Shown here: positions 49,053 through 60,912 of the stretch, one piece after another
Layout: each line of letters starts with the position of its first letter
Numbering within the stretch: position 1 is the first letter of the stretch
Origin: Phycisphaeraceae bacterium
Lineage (GTDB): Bacteria; Planctomycetota; Phycisphaerae; Phycisphaerales; Phycisphaeraceae
DNA length: 64,000 nucleotides
Direction of reading: 5' to 3'
Assembly (NCBI GenBank): GCA_963674705.1
Contig: OY771506.1
Coordinates: 5,216,001 to 5,280,000 of the forward strand
Program-made: the position numbers and the translations under genes
The notes under the pieces: generated by a model
Told to the model about the DNA's origin: nothing
What the model saw: the letters and a program-made list of their open reading frames with translations, nothing else
The model's database searches: none

Positions 49053-51155
49053 TTACTTGGAAGACTTACGCCTTGACGCCACGGCCAGGCCGCCTAATCC
49101 GAGCGCGAGTGCCACGGTGATCGGGTCGATCGCCCCACCGCCGCCGCCGCCGAAGTCAAGGTCGGTCTTGCGTCGCGGACGATCAGGGGTTTGAGCCTGT
49201 CGGGGTTGAGTCACGTTGTTATTGTCGGCCTGCTTCTGCGGTTCACCTGCACTGGCCAGCTCGGTCGGTGCTGCGGGACCTAACTCATCCGTGGCCTTGC
49301 GGCGAAGTTCAGTCAGTTGATCCTTCACCTTGTCCCGGCCCCTACGGTCACGCTCGATCCGCAGCGCGTTGCGTTGATCGATCTTCCAGCGTTTGTATTC
49401 CGCGTCGTTTTCAAGCACGATGAAGGAGGTGTACTCACTTGCGATCGAGTAGGCCTCGCCCAGTCTGATCACTTCGTCCTTGATCGAGTCACGCGAGCCC
49501 TTGCGGTCGGCATCTTTCAACAGTCGATCGATGCGTTGCCACGCCCACATGCGCTCGACTTCGCTATTACCGGATTCAGCTTTGGGGAAGTCCAGCTTGG
49601 CATTGGTGGCGATCGCCTGCCCGCGCACTTCACCGGTCACCTTCACATCGATGGGCGTACCCTTGCGGTATCGGCCGTACACGCGGATCGGTGCACCGTG
49701 ATACAGGTTAGGCAGCTTGGTCGGCTCGATGTCGTACACATCGGCGCCTTGAAAATCGATCGCGAGGTTTGTTGCAACGGGATGCATCAGCTTGCGACGG
49801 AAGGCCTGTGCCTGACGTTCGAAGTCATCACCTTGCGAGATAAAAGCCGCCAGCCCGCCTGCATCTTCGGCGATCTGCTCAAGCAGTGGGCGATTCACTT
49901 CGTTGCCGATGCCGATGCAGAACACACGGGCGTTGCTCGGGCGCTGCATGATCAATTCGCTCAGTTCGCGGCGTTCGCGTTGCTCTGTCATGCCATCGGA
50001 GAGAATCACGACGTTGAGTTCGCGGTCCGGGTCGCCGTACTTGTAAGCGGTGGTGATAGCCGGATGAAGCGAGGTGCCGCCGCGAGCCTGCTGCGAATCG
50101 AGGTAGGCTTCCGCCTTGCTTTTAGCGTTTTCATCGGCCGTCGCGAGTTGCGAGAACAGCGTGGCCGGCTTGACGTTGAACGTCACCAGCTCGAACCGGT
50201 CGTCCTTGCCGAGTTGATCGATGAAAGCCTTGATCGAACCGCTGCTGAGCCGGAGCTTGCCGTCGTGCGCCATGCTGCCGGACACGTCGAGGATAAACAC
50301 GTAGTCTGCCCCGCTGCCGTCGGCCTTGGCGAGTTCTTCGCCGGCTGTCAGCGTCAGCAGGAAGTAACCGTCTTCGCCCTTCTGCTTGGAAGCAACCAGG
50401 TCTAAGCCTGTGTTGGGCCGGGACGTGTCGTAGTTGATCACGACATCACGAGCGAGACTACCGCCGTCGGTTTCCAGGCTCGCCTGCCAGTACTCATCGG
50501 TGTGCTTGGCGGTCACGACCATGTCACCATGGCTGGGGCTACTCATCGATGTAATGGGCACGGCACTACGGATGTCCATCGTCAGTGCAAACTTACCGGT
50601 TGTGCGCTGATCGATGTTGTTGCGCGTCACCGTTGCCAGTGGGTAAACATACGTCCCCTGGTTGTGGTCGTAATCCAACTGCTGATAGTACGTCACGCGC
50701 ACATGCTGCTCTGCTTCGGCTGCGATCGGGAAGATACGCATCTCGAAGGTTTTGTAATCGGTCTGTTCGAGCAGGCCCGGATCGCGCTTGACACGTTTGT
50801 AGCTATTGTAGATTTCGCGAGCGCGTTCTTTTTCGACGACCTCGCCGATCATTTCTTTGCCGTTGATCCACATGCTGAAGTTAGCGACGGAAGCGCCCTT
50901 TGGCACGGGGAAGGTGTAGAGCGCTTCGACCTGGCGTTTTTCGGTATTCTGAAAAACCTGGTCGATCTCAGTGACGGCGATGCCGTTGTTGATCGTGACC
51001 TTGACATCTTGTTCCTTGATTTCGAGCACGCCGCCGAAGCCGCCATCGGCGATAAGCAGACCCGCGGCGTTTGTTTTCATAGGTAATGCACACAGGCATG
51101 CGGCCGCCAGTGCGATGGCTGTGAATAGTCTGCCTTTCCTGATCCTGTTCCACAT
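49053..51155 (-). CDS. Secreted VIT + vWA domain protein with GlyGly-CTERM sorting signal
   Basis: Signal peptide; VIT (EALYTFPVP, ERAREIY, DPGLLE); MIDAS DVSGSM and LSDG; GGGGGGAIDP-TM-RRKSSK. Confidence 0.9.
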   Translation of the reverse strand: MWNRIRKGRLFTAIALAAACLCALPMKTNAAGLLIADGGFGGVLEIKEQDVKVTINNGIAVTEIDQVFQNTEKRQVEALYTFPVPKGASVANFSMWINGKEMIGEVVEKERAREIYNSYKRVKRDPGLLEQTDYKTFEMRIFPIAAEAEQHVRVTYYQQLDYDHNQGTYVYPLATVTRNNIDQRTTGKFALTMDIRSAVPITSMSSPSHGDMVVTAKHTDEYWQASLETDGGSLARDVVINYDTSRPNTGLDLVASKQKGEDGYFLLTLTAGEELAKADGSGADYVFILDVSGSMAHDGKLRLSSGSIKAFIDQLGKDDRFELVTFNVKPATLFSQLATADENAKSKAEAYLDSQQARGGTSLHPAITTAYKYGDPDRELNVVILSDGMTEQRERRELSELIMQRPSNARVFCIGIGNEVNRPLLEQIAEDAGGLAAFISQGDDFERQAQAFRRKLMHPVATNLAIDFQGADVYDIEPTKLPNLYHGAPIRVYGRYRKGTPIDVKVTGEVRGQAIATNAKLDFPKAESGNSEVERMWAWQRIDRLLKDADRKGSRDSIKDEVIRLGEAYSIASEYTSFIVLENDAEYKRWKIDQRNALRIERDRRGRDKVKDQLTELRRKATDELGPAAPTELASAGEPQKQADNNNVTQPRQAQTPDRPRRKTDLDFGGGGGGAIDPITVALALGLGGLAVASRRKSSK

Positions 51156-51228
51156 GGTTTGTTCTCCTTGAGTTCGCGTTAGTCAGGCCACCCGGAGCGG
51201 ACCGGGTGTGATGCGTCGACATGTATGT

Positions 51229-51244
51229 TTCAAGGGGCGTACCA
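51229..51244 (-). promoter_or_regulatory. Sigma-54 (-24/-12) promoter candidate for the VIT-rhombosortase operon
   Basis: TGGTACG-CCCC-TTGAA vs consensus TGGCACG-N4-TTGCW. Confidence 0.55.
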
Positions 51245-51328
51245 GAGAGGATTTGTACACGAAAGACGCGTATGCGTTTTATTTACATATATTTACGGCC
51301 AGGCAAAAACATACGGATTGCATGGCCG

Positions 51329-51368
51329 ATATACATTCTATGTATATTTATGTACATTATTTGTATAT
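51329..51368. promoter_or_regulatory. Tandem palindromes, candidate upstream activator sites
   Basis: ATATACATTCTATGTATAT and ATGTACATTATTTGTATAT, 21 bp apart. Confidence 0.5.
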
Positions 51369-51379
51369 GTGAGGATCCC

Positions 51380-52930
51380 ATGGCACTAGCAACTTCTGAA
51401 GAACGCGACTTCCTCAAAGCCATCTCCGAGTTGACGTATTGCAACCCCTTTACGCCGCAGCGGCTGGCTTGCGAGCGAAAGGCGCTGGGCAACTACTTTG
51501 TCGAAAGTGATTCGGTGTGGAGCTTTCGGCCTGATGCGGCGGGCGAACGCGAAAACATCCGCCGACTGATAGAGCGAGGCGAACCGATCGCCCAGCGCAT
51601 GCGAGAGAAACTGGTTGACGGCAATAAACCTGTGCGAGATGAACTGGAGTTGTACCAGGACCTCGTGCTCTACCTGCTATACGATCGGTATCGGCTGAAG
51701 CTGGATGAGTTGATCTCGCACCTCTCACCCGCTCATGGTCAGCGATCCAGGCGCGTGTCCGGCTACGCCGCCTTTGCCAAGGAATATGCACACTACCTCG
51801 AACCGTTACAGGCATACGATGAAGTTTGCCTTGATGAACCCTCGCACGTGTTTGCGTTGTTCTACCAGATCAGGCGGGCGTTCAAGCATATCTTCGATTA
51901 CATCATCGGGGGTTCGGCACCAATCGCACGGCTGCGTGCGGAAGTCTGGCAATCCGTATTCACACACGACCTGCGCCGATTCCGAACAACGCTGTATGAC
52001 AAGATGGGGCAAGTCACGACGCTGATAACCGGACCATCAGGGACGGGTAAGGAATTAGTTGCGAGGGCGGTCGGTTTGTCGCGTTACTTCCCTTTCGATC
52101 CGAAGTCGTCGAAGTTTGTCGGGGATGACGATCAATCATTCCATGCATTGAATCTCACAGCACTTTCACCGACGTTGATCGAATCGGAGTTGTTCGGACA
52201 CAAGCGTGGTGCGTTTACGGGGGCGCTACAGGATCATAAGGGTTGGCTGGAACTATGCGGGCCTGCTGGGACGGTATTTCTCGATGAGATCGGGGAACTG
52301 GACCCGTTGATCCAGGTGAAACTGCTACGGCTATTGCAGGAGCGGACGTATCAGAGCCTTGGCGATACTGAGACAAAGCACTTTTCAGGCAAGATCATTG
52401 CGGCGACCAACCGCGACCTGGCCCGAGAAATACAAGCGGGCCGATTCCGGGAGGATTTTTACTACCGGTTGTGCAGCGACATGATCACCACGCCGTCACT
52501 GCACGAGCAGATCGCGGATTCGCCGGCGGAGTTGCGCCAGCTTGTGCAGTTCCTGGTTAAACGTATGGCAGGCGAAACAGGCGCAGAAGACCTGACGGGG
52601 ATGGTCCTATCGTGGATCGAGAAGAATCTGAATAATGAATATCACTGGCCCGGCAACTTCAGGGAACTGGAGCAGAGCGTTTGGAATATCCTGATCCGTA
52701 ACGAGTATCACCCGATGTCGCGTGCAGGCGAGCGAACTGGTGTTGCGGGGAGCATCGTTGGCGTGGTATCAAGTTTAGCTGAGATGAAAGTCAGCGCGGA
52801 TGATTTGCTTAATGCGTACTGCGCCATCGTGTATAAGCAATCGGGCAGTTACGAAGAGGCGGCGAGACTGCTGAAGCTGGATCGACGGACGGTCAAGAAA
52901 CGGGTTGAACAGCAACTGCTGGAAACGTAA
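51380..52930 (+). CDS. Sigma-54-dependent transcriptional activator
   Basis: GPSGTGKE, ESELFGHKRGAFTGA, FLDEIGE, AATNRDL, FREDFYYRL, WPGNFREL, C-terminal HTH; no receiver domain. Confidence 0.92.
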   Translation: MALATSEERDFLKAISELTYCNPFTPQRLACERKALGNYFVESDSVWSFRPDAAGERENIRRLIERGEPIAQRMREKLVDGNKPVRDELELYQDLVLYLLYDRYRLKLDELISHLSPAHGQRSRRVSGYAAFAKEYAHYLEPLQAYDEVCLDEPSHVFALFYQIRRAFKHIFDYIIGGSAPIARLRAEVWQSVFTHDLRRFRTTLYDKMGQVTTLITGPSGTGKELVARAVGLSRYFPFDPKSSKFVGDDDQSFHALNLTALSPTLIESELFGHKRGAFTGALQDHKGWLELCGPAGTVFLDEIGELDPLIQVKLLRLLQERTYQSLGDTETKHFSGKIIAATNRDLAREIQAGRFREDFYYRLCSDMITTPSLHEQIADSPAELRQLVQFLVKRMAGETGAEDLTGMVLSWIEKNLNNEYHWPGNFRELEQSVWNILIRNEYHPMSRAGERTGVAGSIVGVVSSLAEMKVSADDLLNAYCAIVYKQSGSYEEAARLLKLDRRTVKKRVEQQLLET

Positions 52931-52951
52931 TCGCTGATTCAATTGCAGGTG

Positions 52952-54580
52952 TCACTGACGCTGCGGATTGTCGATTACGAAGCCGCGGCGATCGAGCAAG
53001 GACCCCTCGGCCACGTACAGGTCGATCAGCGCCAACCGATAAGCGACAATGGCTTGCACTTCGTTGATCTGGGCTTGAAGCAGATCGCGTTGCGCCTGGG
53101 CGACAAGCAGCGCGGTGCTGGCGCCGACATCGTAACGTTCGCGTTCAGCACGGACGGTGTCTTCCTGCAATTCGCGTGTGGTGCGTGATGCGTGGATCTG
53201 CTGGCGCGCGCGTTCGAGTTCGTTGGCTGCAAGTCGCACATCCAACTCGATCAGTTGCTGGAGATTATCGACGGCGGCGGCAGATTGCCTGCGCGAGGTG
53301 CGTGCGGCTTCGTCGCGAGCTTCGGCTGCGTCGTTACCGAGTAGTTGACTGAAACGGACGCCGGCGGCGAGGTCGTAGGTGTCCTCATCCAGTTGTTTGA
53401 ATGAGCCGTCGAAGGTGTTGTCGAAGCCGGTCTTGCCAAGCGCAATGAAGACTTCCAGACGGGGCAGGATGCCGTTGCGTGTGACGATGGTTTCAAGCCG
53501 GTCTTTTTCAAGACGCAGGCGTGCTTCTGCCAGGTCTGGACGTTTCAGGCTGGCTAATTGCAGGCGGTCATCAAGATCATTCAGCGGTTGCGCATCAATC
53601 TCGGGGCGCGTGCTGACAATCAATTCACGGTCGAACGTCTGGCTCGGGCTGATCAATTGCAGCAGGCGCAATCGCTGAGCTTCCAGATCACTGCGTGCAT
53701 CGATCAAGGCCTGCTCGCGTATCGCCACTTCCGTGCGAGCGACCGCAGCATCGGCCTCCGCCAATGCACCAACTTCAATGCGCTGCTCCACCTCATCACG
53801 CTGCCGACGCGCAACTTCAAGCGATTGCTCGAAGATCGCGATACGCTCGTGGGACAAGGTGTATTGCCAGTACGTGCTCTCAACCTCCGCCAGCAAAGCT
53901 TCAGCAAATCCGCGGAATTCAAACAATGATGCTTGTGTGTCTAATTCAGCCTGGCGCACACGGGCGAGATTAACTGTTGGTCGGTTGCCGCGCAGCAATT
54001 GTTGCGTGACGGTTAAGCCTAAACGCGCATCCTGCTGCTCAGGAGATCGATTGGATGTATCGCGGTTCTGCGAGACGGATAATTCGACATCGGTCCCGCT
54101 AGGCAGCGTCTGGCGGATGCCGGCCTCGGCGGAGGCGTCTTTACTATCAACGGAGAACTGCTGGCTCGTCGCGCGATCGGTCTGGCTGGCGGTTTCTTCG
54201 TTGTATTCGAACTCGCCGTAGAGTTCGGGATCGAAGTCGCTACGCTCGATCCGCTCGAAGGTGCCGACGATCACGGGCGAAAGTTGCTGGACGGCGAGGT
54301 CACGGTTATTACTCATCGCCAGAACGGTTGCTTCTTCGATGGATACTTCCAGCGGGCCGTCCGCGTTGAAAGTCACACTGATCTGGTCATCGGGTTGCGT
54401 CCGCTTGATCGAAGGCGGGTCCGGCGTCGGCTTTTCATTTTCTTTGGCCCGAGCGAGTTCCTTGTCCCAGTCGGGTTGATAGAAAGACGCATCTTCGGGG
54501 CTGGTGCATGCTGTTATACACAGACCAATCATAGTGATTGCTGTCAGGCAATAGCAGCGGAGTGAATGCTTCGTATTCAT
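52952..54580 (-). CDS. TolC-family outer membrane efflux lipoprotein
   Basis: Lipobox-like ITAC; duplicated OEP helical repeats; last gene of the RND operon. Confidence 0.88.
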   Translation of the reverse strand: MNTKHSLRCYCLTAITMIGLCITACTSPEDASFYQPDWDKELARAKENEKPTPDPPSIKRTQPDDQISVTFNADGPLEVSIEEATVLAMSNNRDLAVQQLSPVIVGTFERIERSDFDPELYGEFEYNEETASQTDRATSQQFSVDSKDASAEAGIRQTLPSGTDVELSVSQNRDTSNRSPEQQDARLGLTVTQQLLRGNRPTVNLARVRQAELDTQASLFEFRGFAEALLAEVESTYWQYTLSHERIAIFEQSLEVARRQRDEVEQRIEVGALAEADAAVARTEVAIREQALIDARSDLEAQRLRLLQLISPSQTFDRELIVSTRPEIDAQPLNDLDDRLQLASLKRPDLAEARLRLEKDRLETIVTRNGILPRLEVFIALGKTGFDNTFDGSFKQLDEDTYDLAAGVRFSQLLGNDAAEARDEAARTSRRQSAAAVDNLQQLIELDVRLAANELERARQQIHASRTTRELQEDTVRAERERYDVGASTALLVAQAQRDLLQAQINEVQAIVAYRLALIDLYVAEGSLLDRRGFVIDNPQRQ

Positions 54581-57500
54581 GCCGACTCCCCCACTACCGG
54601 TTGCTTCAGGTGCTCCGGGTGTATCAATGTGTATGCGACGGGCACGAGCACGAGTGTGATGAGCATCGAAGCAAACAGGCCGCCGATCACCGCACGGGCG
54701 AGCGGCGCCTGAGCATCGGCGCCTTCACCGATGCCCAGCGCAAGGGGCAGCAGGCCGAGAATCGTCGTCGCGGAGGTCATGAGGATCGGACGTAACCTGC
54801 GCTTGCCTGCGATGACGACCGCCTCACGTGTGCCGTGCCCTTCTTCGACACGGAGCTTCCCCGCCTGATCGACCAGCAGGATCGCGTTGTTGACGACGAT
54901 ACCGCCGAGCATGATGCAACCGATGTAGCTCTGGACATTGAGTGTTGTGCCCGTGAGGAACAACGTAAGCAGTACGCCGATCGCCGCCATCGGCACGGAG
55001 AGCATGACGACGAAGGGGTCTCGCAACGATTCGTACTGGCTAGCCAGCACCATGTATACCAGCAGCAAAGCAAGACCGATGCTGATCAACAGTTCGCGGA
55101 AGGATTCCTGCTGTTCTTCATAACTGCCGGCCACGGCCAGGTCGTAACCGACCGGGCGTGGGATTTCATCGAGCCGCGATTTGATTTCCGCAGCGACGGA
55201 GCCAAGGTCGCGCTCGCCGACGGTGACATCGACGCTGATGGTGCGCTGCCGCTCCTTGCGGTCGATCACAACAGGCCCTCTGCCAGGCTCGACCGTAATT
55301 AAATTGCGTAATGCGACGTCTTGACCGCCGGGCGTGCTGAGTGTGAGGTTCAGGATTTCTTCGAGTGGTAGTTGTCGTGCGTTTTTAAGTTGTACGCGGA
55401 TTGGGTAGCTGTAGCCTTCAGCGCGGTATTCACCTGCAAGCCGCCCCGATACGGAGGTCTCGAGCGCTTCGGCGATCTGCCTGATGGATAAGCCGACGTC
55501 GGCTGCTTTGTCGCGATCGATCGTGATATGCTCCTGCGGGATGCCGGTGCGCCGGCCCGGATCGACATCGGTGACGCCGGGCACATCGGCGATACGTAGC
55601 GCAGCTTGCTTGGCGAGGGCATCGAGTGTATCTAATTCGTAGCCGCGGATTTCAACGTTTAATCCGCCACCGTCCGGCAAAATACGGTCCAGAAGGTTTT
55701 GGCCTTCCGGCGCATAAGTACGGATCGTCATGCCGGGGATCGTGCCGTCGAGTTGCTTTCGCAGGTCTTCGGCGATCTGTTTGTTAGAACGTTCTCGCTC
55801 ATCAGACGGCGTGAGTGTGATTGCAATCGATCCACGAGCGCCGGAATCCGGCCGCCAACCCGAGCTGCCGATGTTTACGATCTTGGCGATCGCTTCGGGA
55901 ACGGTTTCGTTGACGATCTTCTCCATCTTTTGCGTCTGGCGGTCGACCAGGTCGAGACGCATGCCGATTTCCATTTCGCCGGTGACACTTACTTCACCTT
56001 CATCACTGGGTGGGAGAAATTCGGAACCGATGTAAGGTACAAGTAGCAGGCACAAACCCAGAACAACGAATCCCGCAAGCACACTCGTGATTCTGTGGCG
56101 GAGCCCGAGGTTCAACAGGTCTGCATAGATATCTGCCAAGGTAGTGAACAGCTTCTCCGAACTTGCCGCCATACGCCGGAAGATGGATGGCTTCGTATGT
56201 CGCCGCTCCTGCTCAGCCCGTCGTTTAAGCAAACGTGACGACAGCATCGGCACCATCGTCAGCGCAACCAGCAACGAGCACGCCAGCGAGATAACGACGA
56301 CATAGGCGAATTCCTTAAAGAGCATGCCGGTGACGCCACGGATAAAAATGATCGGCAGGAAAATAACCAGTGTCGTAATCGTGCTGGCGATGATCGCGCC
56401 GCCGACCTCTTCGGTCCCTTTGACGGATGCCGTGATCGGCTCGTCGTGTTCTTCCTGCCGTCGGCGGTAGATGTTTTCAAGCACGACGATCGAGCTGTCG
56501 ACCATCATGCCGACGCCCAGCGCCAATCCGCCGAGCGTCATCAGGTTGATCGTCAAACCGGTGATATAGATGATCGCGAGCGTAGCGAGGATCGAGATCG
56601 GGATCGAAATGGCGATCACCAGTGTGCTGCGGATGTTTCGCAGGAAGAACAACAGGATCATGACCGCAAGCGCCCCGCCGTAGAGTACGGATCGTGCGAC
56701 GTTGGCGATCGATCGTTCGATGAAGTTGCCCTGATTGCTGACCGCAACGATATGCACCTGCGGGAAGTCGCGGTTGATCGCTTCGATTTCTTCGAGGATC
56801 GCGCTGGAAACCTGCACGGTATTGGCGTTGGATTCTTTGCGGACAGCGAGTCGCAGGCCGCGCTTGCCGTTGACGCGAACGATACGTGTCAGTTCCTCGT
56901 AAGTGTCTTTCACCTCAGCGACCTGCGCGAGCGTGACCGGCGCATCGTTGCGCACAGCGACAACCAGGCCGCGCAGTGTATCGAGGTCCTGGAACTCAGC
57001 CGGGGCGCGCAGGGTAACTTCGTAGCGTCCCTGTTCGATCGTGCCGGTGGGCAGGTCGATATTTGCGCTACGTATTGTCGTCAACAAGTCATTTAACGGA
57101 AGCCCAAGCGCGCGAACCTTGTCCGGGTCCAGCTCGATCCGAACTTCTCGGTTGTATCCACCCCACGGGTCGACCTGCGCGACACCCGGGACTCGGCCGA
57201 ATCGGTAACGGATCTGGTTTTCTACCAATTCGGTCAGTTCTACAGGATCGAGATCGCTGGAGATACCGACGATGACGACGGGGAAACTGGCGATGTCGAA
57301 TTTACTGACGCGAGGCCGATCGATATCGTCGGGGAATTCATTGAGTTCATCTTCAAGCCGGGCCTGCACGTCGATCGCCGCGGTGTCGATGTCCGTCCCC
57401 GGTGCGAAGCTGACGCGAACCCGGCTGTTGCCTTCGCTGCTGGTGGAAGTCATTTCTTCCACGCCGGGCACGGTCGCGACGATCTCCTCGACGATCTGCG

Positions 57501-57690
57501 TGACCAGCCGTTCCATCACTTCCGGGCTCGCGCCTTCGTAACCCGTGCGTATACTCAGACGCGGCACTTCCACCGCAGGCAACAGATCGATCTGCAACCG
57601 CCCCAGCGCAACCGCGCCCAGCACGACGACGATCAGCGTGACCATCGACGTGAAGACCGGACGGCGAACACTCATGCGCGGCAGGTTCAT
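54577..57690 (-). CDS. RND efflux transporter permease (AcrB family)
   Basis: 1037 aa; [40 protein letters not shown]. Confidence 0.95.
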   Translation of the reverse strand: MNLPRMSVRRPVFTSMVTLIVVVLGAVALGRLQIDLLPAVEVPRLSIRTGYEGASPEVMERLVTQIVEEIVATVPGVEEMTSTSSEGNSRVRVSFAPGTDIDTAAIDVQARLEDELNEFPDDIDRPRVSKFDIASFPVVIVGISSDLDPVELTELVENQIRYRFGRVPGVAQVDPWGGYNREVRIELDPDKVRALGLPLNDLLTTIRSANIDLPTGTIEQGRYEVTLRAPAEFQDLDTLRGLVVAVRNDAPVTLAQVAEVKDTYEELTRIVRVNGKRGLRLAVRKESNANTVQVSSAILEEIEAINRDFPQVHIVAVSNQGNFIERSIANVARSVLYGGALAVMILLFFLRNIRSTLVIAISIPISILATLAIIYITGLTINLMTLGGLALGVGMMVDSSIVVLENIYRRRQEEHDEPITASVKGTEEVGGAIIASTITTLVIFLPIIFIRGVTGMLFKEFAYVVVISLACSLLVALTMVPMLSSRLLKRRAEQERRHTKPSIFRRMAASSEKLFTTLADIYADLLNLGLRHRITSVLAGFVVLGLCLLLVPYIGSEFLPPSDEGEVSVTGEMEIGMRLDLVDRQTQKMEKIVNETVPEAIAKIVNIGSSGWRPDSGARGSIAITLTPSDERERSNKQIAEDLRKQLDGTIPGMTIRTYAPEGQNLLDRILPDGGGLNVEIRGYELDTLDALAKQAALRIADVPGVTDVDPGRRTGIPQEHITIDRDKAADVGLSIRQIAEALETSVSGRLAGEYRAEGYSYPIRVQLKNARQLPLEEILNLTLSTPGGQDVALRNLITVEPGRGPVVIDRKERQRTISVDVTVGERDLGSVAAEIKSRLDEIPRPVGYDLAVAGSYEEQQESFRELLISIGLALLLVYMVLASQYESLRDPFVVMLSVPMAAIGVLLTLFLTGTTLNVQSYIGCIMLGGIVVNNAILLVDQAGKLRVEEGHGTREAVVIAGKRRLRPILMTSATTILGLLPLALGIGEGADAQAPLARAVIGGLFASMLITLVLVPVAYTLIHPEHLKQPVVGESA

Positions 57691-58877
57691 CCGGCATCAG
57701 CCTCCGGTTGTGAACCATTCTGATCCGGCACATCGATTTTTGAACCGTCATCAAGTAATTGCTGACCAAGCGTAACGACGCGGCCGATCAGGCCTTCACC
57801 GCTGACCTGTGTGCGGCCCGCATGCGTGATGCCTACATCAACGGGCAATAACTTCACCGTCATCGATTGTTCATCGATCACGAATACAACCGGCCGATCC
57901 GCACGCATCACGACCGCTTCCTCGGGGACAATTGTTGCATCTTCAACCGTGTCGAGTATCGCTTCGGCACGGACGAACATGCCCGGTTTAAGTAGATGCT
58001 GCGGATTGGGAACGGTCAATTCCACGCGCGCCTGACGCGATGAAGATTCAAAGACGGGCGAGACACGGGCGACTTTTGCCTGGAAGGTCTGGCCGGCAAA
58101 CGCATCGGTGGTAAGCAACACAGACTGTCCCGCTTTCAGACGTGCATAATCACGCTCGGCGACGAACAACACGGCCTGGATCGGATCGAGTTCGACGATA
58201 CTCATCATGGGTGTGTTGGCTGCGACGGTGTCGCCTTCATCGACCATACGCTGAGCAACGACGCGCTTGCCGTCCCCATCGCTCCATGTGGCACGAACCT
58301 GTGTATACCCCAGGCGGATGCGTGCGGATTCGAGCGACGACTTGGCACGCGTGACCTGCGCGTTGGCGACCTCGACCCGTGCCGCGGCCGCGAGCTGCTC
58401 CGCCTTGGCAGCATCATATTGAGCATCCGACGCTACACCGCGTTCACGCAAGGTCGATTGCCGTTGCATGGCGCGGTCGGCGATTTCCCTTGCATTCCTG
58501 GCTTCCGTCAGGTTCGCCTCGGTGACAGCCAAGTCTGCCTCGGCCTGCGAGACCGCCTGCTCGAATTCATCACTATCCAGCGTCGCGACGACCTGTCCGT
58601 TTTCGACCTCGTCCGCCAGGTCCACCGCCAGGTGTTCGATCCGGCCGCCTACCTTAGGCGCGACCTGGAAGCGGGCCATGGACTCAAGCGTACCGCTGAA
58701 CAGTCGGTGCAGCTCGATCCGGCCGTGCTCGATCTGTACCACCTCGACAGGCACAGCCCGGCCTGATTTGTCTGGAGCTTCTGTTTCACCGGACATCAGG
58801 CTCCAGAGGCGCCAGCCAACCGCCGCAATGATCAACAGGACGAAACAGACGCTGAATGTAGCCAATATGCGTTTCAC
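57687..58877 (-). CDS. RND periplasmic adaptor (membrane fusion protein)
   Basis: N-terminal [11 protein letters not shown], helical hairpin, LKPGMFV. Confidence 0.93.
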   Translation of the reverse strand: MKRILATFSVCFVLLIIAAVGWRLWSLMSGETEAPDKSGRAVPVEVVQIEHGRIELHRLFSGTLESMARFQVAPKVGGRIEHLAVDLADEVENGQVVATLDSDEFEQAVSQAEADLAVTEANLTEARNAREIADRAMQRQSTLRERGVASDAQYDAAKAEQLAAAARVEVANAQVTRAKSSLESARIRLGYTQVRATWSDGDGKRVVAQRMVDEGDTVAANTPMMSIVELDPIQAVLFVAERDYARLKAGQSVLLTTDAFAGQTFQAKVARVSPVFESSSRQARVELTVPNPQHLLKPGMFVRAEAILDTVEDATIVPEEAVVMRADRPVVFVIDEQSMTVKLLPVDVGITHAGRTQVSGEGLIGRVVTLGQQLLDDGSKIDVPDQNGSQPEADAG

Positions 58878-59226
58878 AGGACCTCACGAAAAGCGTTTCG
58901 CTGATACCGTGGGATATCTGCCATGAGCTAATAGCTTAGGCTTATAGAATAGGGATATTCAACTAACTTGCCGGGCCCTACCCCAATGGATCGTTAGATT
59001 GACACCTCCCACCCTGTGGAATCTCTAAATCAAGGCCGATAACTTGAGGTGTGGCAGTGCGGCTGATTGCCCCCCAAGTTAGGTCAAAACGGACTATGAC
59101 TGAAGTCCGGAACCGGACAGGCTAATCCATTGACATATCAATTCGCCAATAGCCAACCGCGATATGGACCGGGCCATTGAGCATGACGATGAAGATGAAT
59201 ACTGGGTATACCCCTGATCCATCGGA

Positions 59227-60858
59227 GTGGATATGGCTGAACCGACTCCCGAGAGAAACGGACCAAAATTCAGCAGTCGGCTGACGCGTCGTCTGTCCCA
59301 GGAGGCGGATAACATCTTCATTGGCGGGAAGATGGATGGGGTATCACTGGATGAGCAGTTTGAACAACTGCGTAAGGAAGTCCAGGAAGCGACGGAGTGC
59401 GATGAAGCGTTCAAGAAAGATCTGGCGAATCTCGCCTCTCTGATCGACGCCAGCGGTGAGCAGATCGGGGTCAACGGCACGTTCAAATTGAACCTCTCAG
59501 AAGACCGGATGACGATGACCCTCCAGGTCACGCCTGCGTTCGGCAATGGCGAACCGGTCACCGTCAAAGATGTCGTCGACGAACTGAAAAAACGCAAGAT
59601 CACACGCGGGGTGTTGCTTAAAGCCATCAACGAGATGGTCACGGAAGTCGACCAGAACAAAGAACCATCCGAGCGTGTTGTGGTGCGTGGAGCGCCACCG
59701 ATCCCGGGTCTGGCGCCATGGATCGCGTACTTCGGTCGCAGCCCCGGCGGTGAACTGGAAGAGGTGAAGCCGGAGTCGTTACTACCCGGCGCGGATGAAG
59801 CGATCCTCTGCGAGCAGGGAGACACGATCGCGTATATCCGTCAGGGCGATCCGGGTCGTGTTGGCTACACAGCCGACGGTGAGGAACTACCACCCACCGC
59901 CTCGAAAGATCTGACGAATCTGGAAGCCGGTCGTAACGTGCTTGTTATGAGTAACTGCTACGTCGCCGACGCGGAGGGCGCGGTCGTACTCAAGGACGGG
60001 TGTATCTCGGTTCAGCCGGCCTTGGTTTTCTATCACGACCTGGATTCACACGATAGCCCGGTGCAGTTTGACGGCTCGATCATCGTGCACGGCGGGGTGA
60101 AGAGTGATGTGGAAATCGTCGCGACCGAAGATATCACGATCGATCGCGTGGTCGAAGGAGCGAGTATCTTCTCGACCGGCGGCAACATCGTTCTGCATGC
60201 CGGTATCGCAGGCCGCAACCGTGGCAAGATTGTCGCCGCGAAGGATGTGATCTGTGGCTATGCGGAAAATGCCAAAGTAACCGCGGGCAACGACATCATC
60301 CTGGGGGTCGGATCGTTAAACAGTCAAATGACCGCCAACCGGGACGTGATCGCCGAGGCCGGACGGGGCAGTATCACCGGCGGTGTCATCATGGCCGGGC
60401 ATGCGATTAAAGCAAAGCGCATCGGCAGCTGCGGCACGCAGACCGTTGTCATGGCGGGGATCAGTTCCAAAGCGTTACCGGCGCTTGAAGAGATCAACAA
60501 GACATCGCTGCATCATCAAGAACGGCTAAAAGAAATCGAAGGATTGATCACGCAATTCGACCGGGCCGTGCGCGACCCACGTATGCTTTCTCACCAGGAA
60601 CAGCAGACGTACATCAACCTGCATAAGCTGCGACTGGTCACCAATAAAGAATTAGACAAGCTCAAGGACAATCGCCGTGAGATCTTGCAGGAATCGGATA
60701 ACGAGGTTCTCGGCAGTGTCATTATCTACCAGAAGCTCGAAGCAAATGTCACTTTCCATATAGGCGCGCTGTCTACGACGCACCGGATCGACAAGGGTCC
60801 GTTGACATTCACCTGCGATGCAAATCACAGCCGCATCATCCGCAAGGGGACGGCTTGA
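59227..60858 (+). CDS. FapA/DUF342 family protein
   Basis: LSEDRMTMTL, VVRGAPPIPG, FDGSIIVHGGV, GGNIVLHAGI beta-helix, C-terminal coiled coil. Confidence 0.8.
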   Translation: MDMAEPTPERNGPKFSSRLTRRLSQEADNIFIGGKMDGVSLDEQFEQLRKEVQEATECDEAFKKDLANLASLIDASGEQIGVNGTFKLNLSEDRMTMTLQVTPAFGNGEPVTVKDVVDELKKRKITRGVLLKAINEMVTEVDQNKEPSERVVVRGAPPIPGLAPWIAYFGRSPGGELEEVKPESLLPGADEAILCEQGDTIAYIRQGDPGRVGYTADGEELPPTASKDLTNLEAGRNVLVMSNCYVADAEGAVVLKDGCISVQPALVFYHDLDSHDSPVQFDGSIIVHGGVKSDVEIVATEDITIDRVVEGASIFSTGGNIVLHAGIAGRNRGKIVAAKDVICGYAENAKVTAGNDIILGVGSLNSQMTANRDVIAEAGRGSITGGVIMAGHAIKAKRIGSCGTQTVVMAGISSKALPALEEINKTSLHHQERLKEIEGLITQFDRAVRDPRMLSHQEQQTYINLHKLRLVTNKELDKLKDNRREILQESDNEVLGSVIIYQKLEANVTFHIGALSTTHRIDKGPLTFTCDANHSRIIRKGTA

Positions 60859-60912
60859 GTCTTGCGTGATGCGTTAAATCCAATCTATTAGAAGTCCGCG
60901 GTGCTATACAGA

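Noticed and set aside
49317..50405. 362-aa plus-strand ORF and similar long antisense ORFs over purL, polA and the RND genes
   Set aside because: Typical high-GC antisense shadows of clearly identified genes
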